Origin: Camelus ferus
Lineage: Eukaryota
NCBI RefSeq assembly: GCF_009834535.1
Contig: NC_045705.1
Span: 53,940,001 to 54,004,000 of the forward strand
Direction of reading: 5' to 3'
Length of the DNA stretch: 64,000 bases
Under the pieces are notes generated by a model. The model was not told the DNA's origin. It did not search any database and was given only the letters and a program-made list of their open reading frames with translations. The first letter of the stretch is position 1. Every line of letters starts with the position of its first letter. Below are positions 62,851 to 64,000 of the stretch, piece by piece. The translations under genes were made by a program, and so were the position numbers.

Positions 62851-64000
62851 CTGAATATTTGTGAGTAAAGTCTTTATTGGTGTTTGAGTGTCCTTTTCAT
62901 AAGGCTGAAGTCTTGACTGTTTCCTAAGTTTGCAATTCTCACAAATTTTAGGCTTTAAAACTCATTTGCTTTGCATGTATATTCTTTGCATGTGTTGTGC
63001 TTTTGTAGATTTATTTTATAGAAGGGCAAAACTTACCATAAGAAAGTTAGAGGCTTCTGGTTTGACATTTGCTGTTTGGGGGCAGATAATTTGTAAAAGT
63101 TGACAGAAAAAAAATCTCATATTCTGATGTGCTCATAAATGGTATTGGTCAATCCACAAGTGTTTCTCAAACACTGACTATGTCCCAAACACTCAACCAA
63201 GGAAAAAGAAGGCTTGGATATAATCAGAGCCACCTCCCTGTGCTGTATCACCTGCCAGGTACAGAAGCAAAGGTGATTTAATTTTTGCCTTCTATAAATA
63301 TAAAAAAAATGATGAAAAGGTGTAGATTCATAAATGCCTCAATGAACAGTAACCTAAATGACCATCTAGTAGCTTGACTTCCTGAGTGCACTACCAGATT
63401 ATCGTTTACTCTCCTCTAACAAATGGCTATAACCATCCATTTATAATACCTATTTGGAAAACAAGAGAAAGACAAATGTTTTAATATATTCTGATGAGTT
63501 GTTTGCAAGCATGTAGGAAAGTCTATCCTTGCAAACAGAGACAATTTTGATATTCAGTTCTCTCATAGAAAGCGGTAACCTGTCCCTAGAAGCAAGTAAT
63601 GTTTGCAGATGGAAACCTTAGACACCTACCACTTGGCTAGCCAGATGAATTCTGGAGGAAGCAATATGTTGATGTGGGTGTAATGGGACATGTACTATTG
63701 CTTGATCAAGACTATGCTTCTGCGGCTGCCTCCCCACATCTGCAAAGATCTTTGTAATAAACCACATTCAGAAACAGCATATGGACATGGTTGAGTGCCT
63801 TGTGTGTTGGTTAATGAATAACTTTCTTTTAAATTGGTATGTTGCTGCTCTCACAAGGCTATTTTGATTCTCTTTAGTCTCTCTAAAATTTCAGGGGAAA
63901 ACTCTCAGTTTCAAAATGCGTATGAACAAGAATAAGCTCATTTTACTACTTGGAATGATCTGTTTGGAACAAAGGAAATCTACAAGTCTGTCTCTCCCCA

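Noticed and set aside
63500-63800. Possible additional old ERVL LTR
   Set aside because: Only an AATAAA and general composition suggest it; I could not support termini or a family.
1-64000. H/P-element or Greek-island-type OR enhancer
   Set aside because: I saw no clustered homeodomain 13-mers (AACTTTTTAATGA) or composite Lhx2-Ebf motifs by eye. A motif scan with ATAC data would be needed to exclude one.
1-64000. CRISPR array, rRNA, or intact autonomous L1/ERV
   Set aside because: There is no repeat-spacer periodicity or rRNA-like sequence, and all L1 and ERV pieces are truncated or disrupted.

Overview
This is mammalian genomic DNA, very probably camelid, judged from a Vic-1-type tRNA-Ala-derived SINE and camelid-type young L1 3' ends (recognised from memory). 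It contains a class II olfactory receptor (OR) cluster in AT-rich, LINE-1-dense sequence with 11 short N-runs. There are five uninterrupted single-exon OR ORFs: one OR10-family gene (OR10AB-like, +, 5199-6164), two OR5P-like genes (-, 15283-16224 and 27608-28570) and two OR5E/OR5P4-like genes (-, 40353-41291 and 51739-52695). There is also a 5'-truncated, frameshifted copy of the OR10 gene (~31240-31752). Two copies of a much more decayed OR pseudogene (~440-1600 and ~19770-20665) are not called as ORs by the ORF track. The left half is built from old direct segmental duplications. The most notable items are an OR whose C-terminus, stop codon and poly(A) signals come from an LTR-like element, a ~1.1 kb inverted duplication with a 103-bp perfectly identical patch, patchy homogenisation of the OR5P pair that spares ligand-contacting helices, an L1 3' transduction in an OR 5' region, and paralog-specific overlapping uORFs. 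I found no evidence for a wholly new biological system. Subfamily and repeat-family names come from recall, not database searches, and repeat boundaries are approximate.
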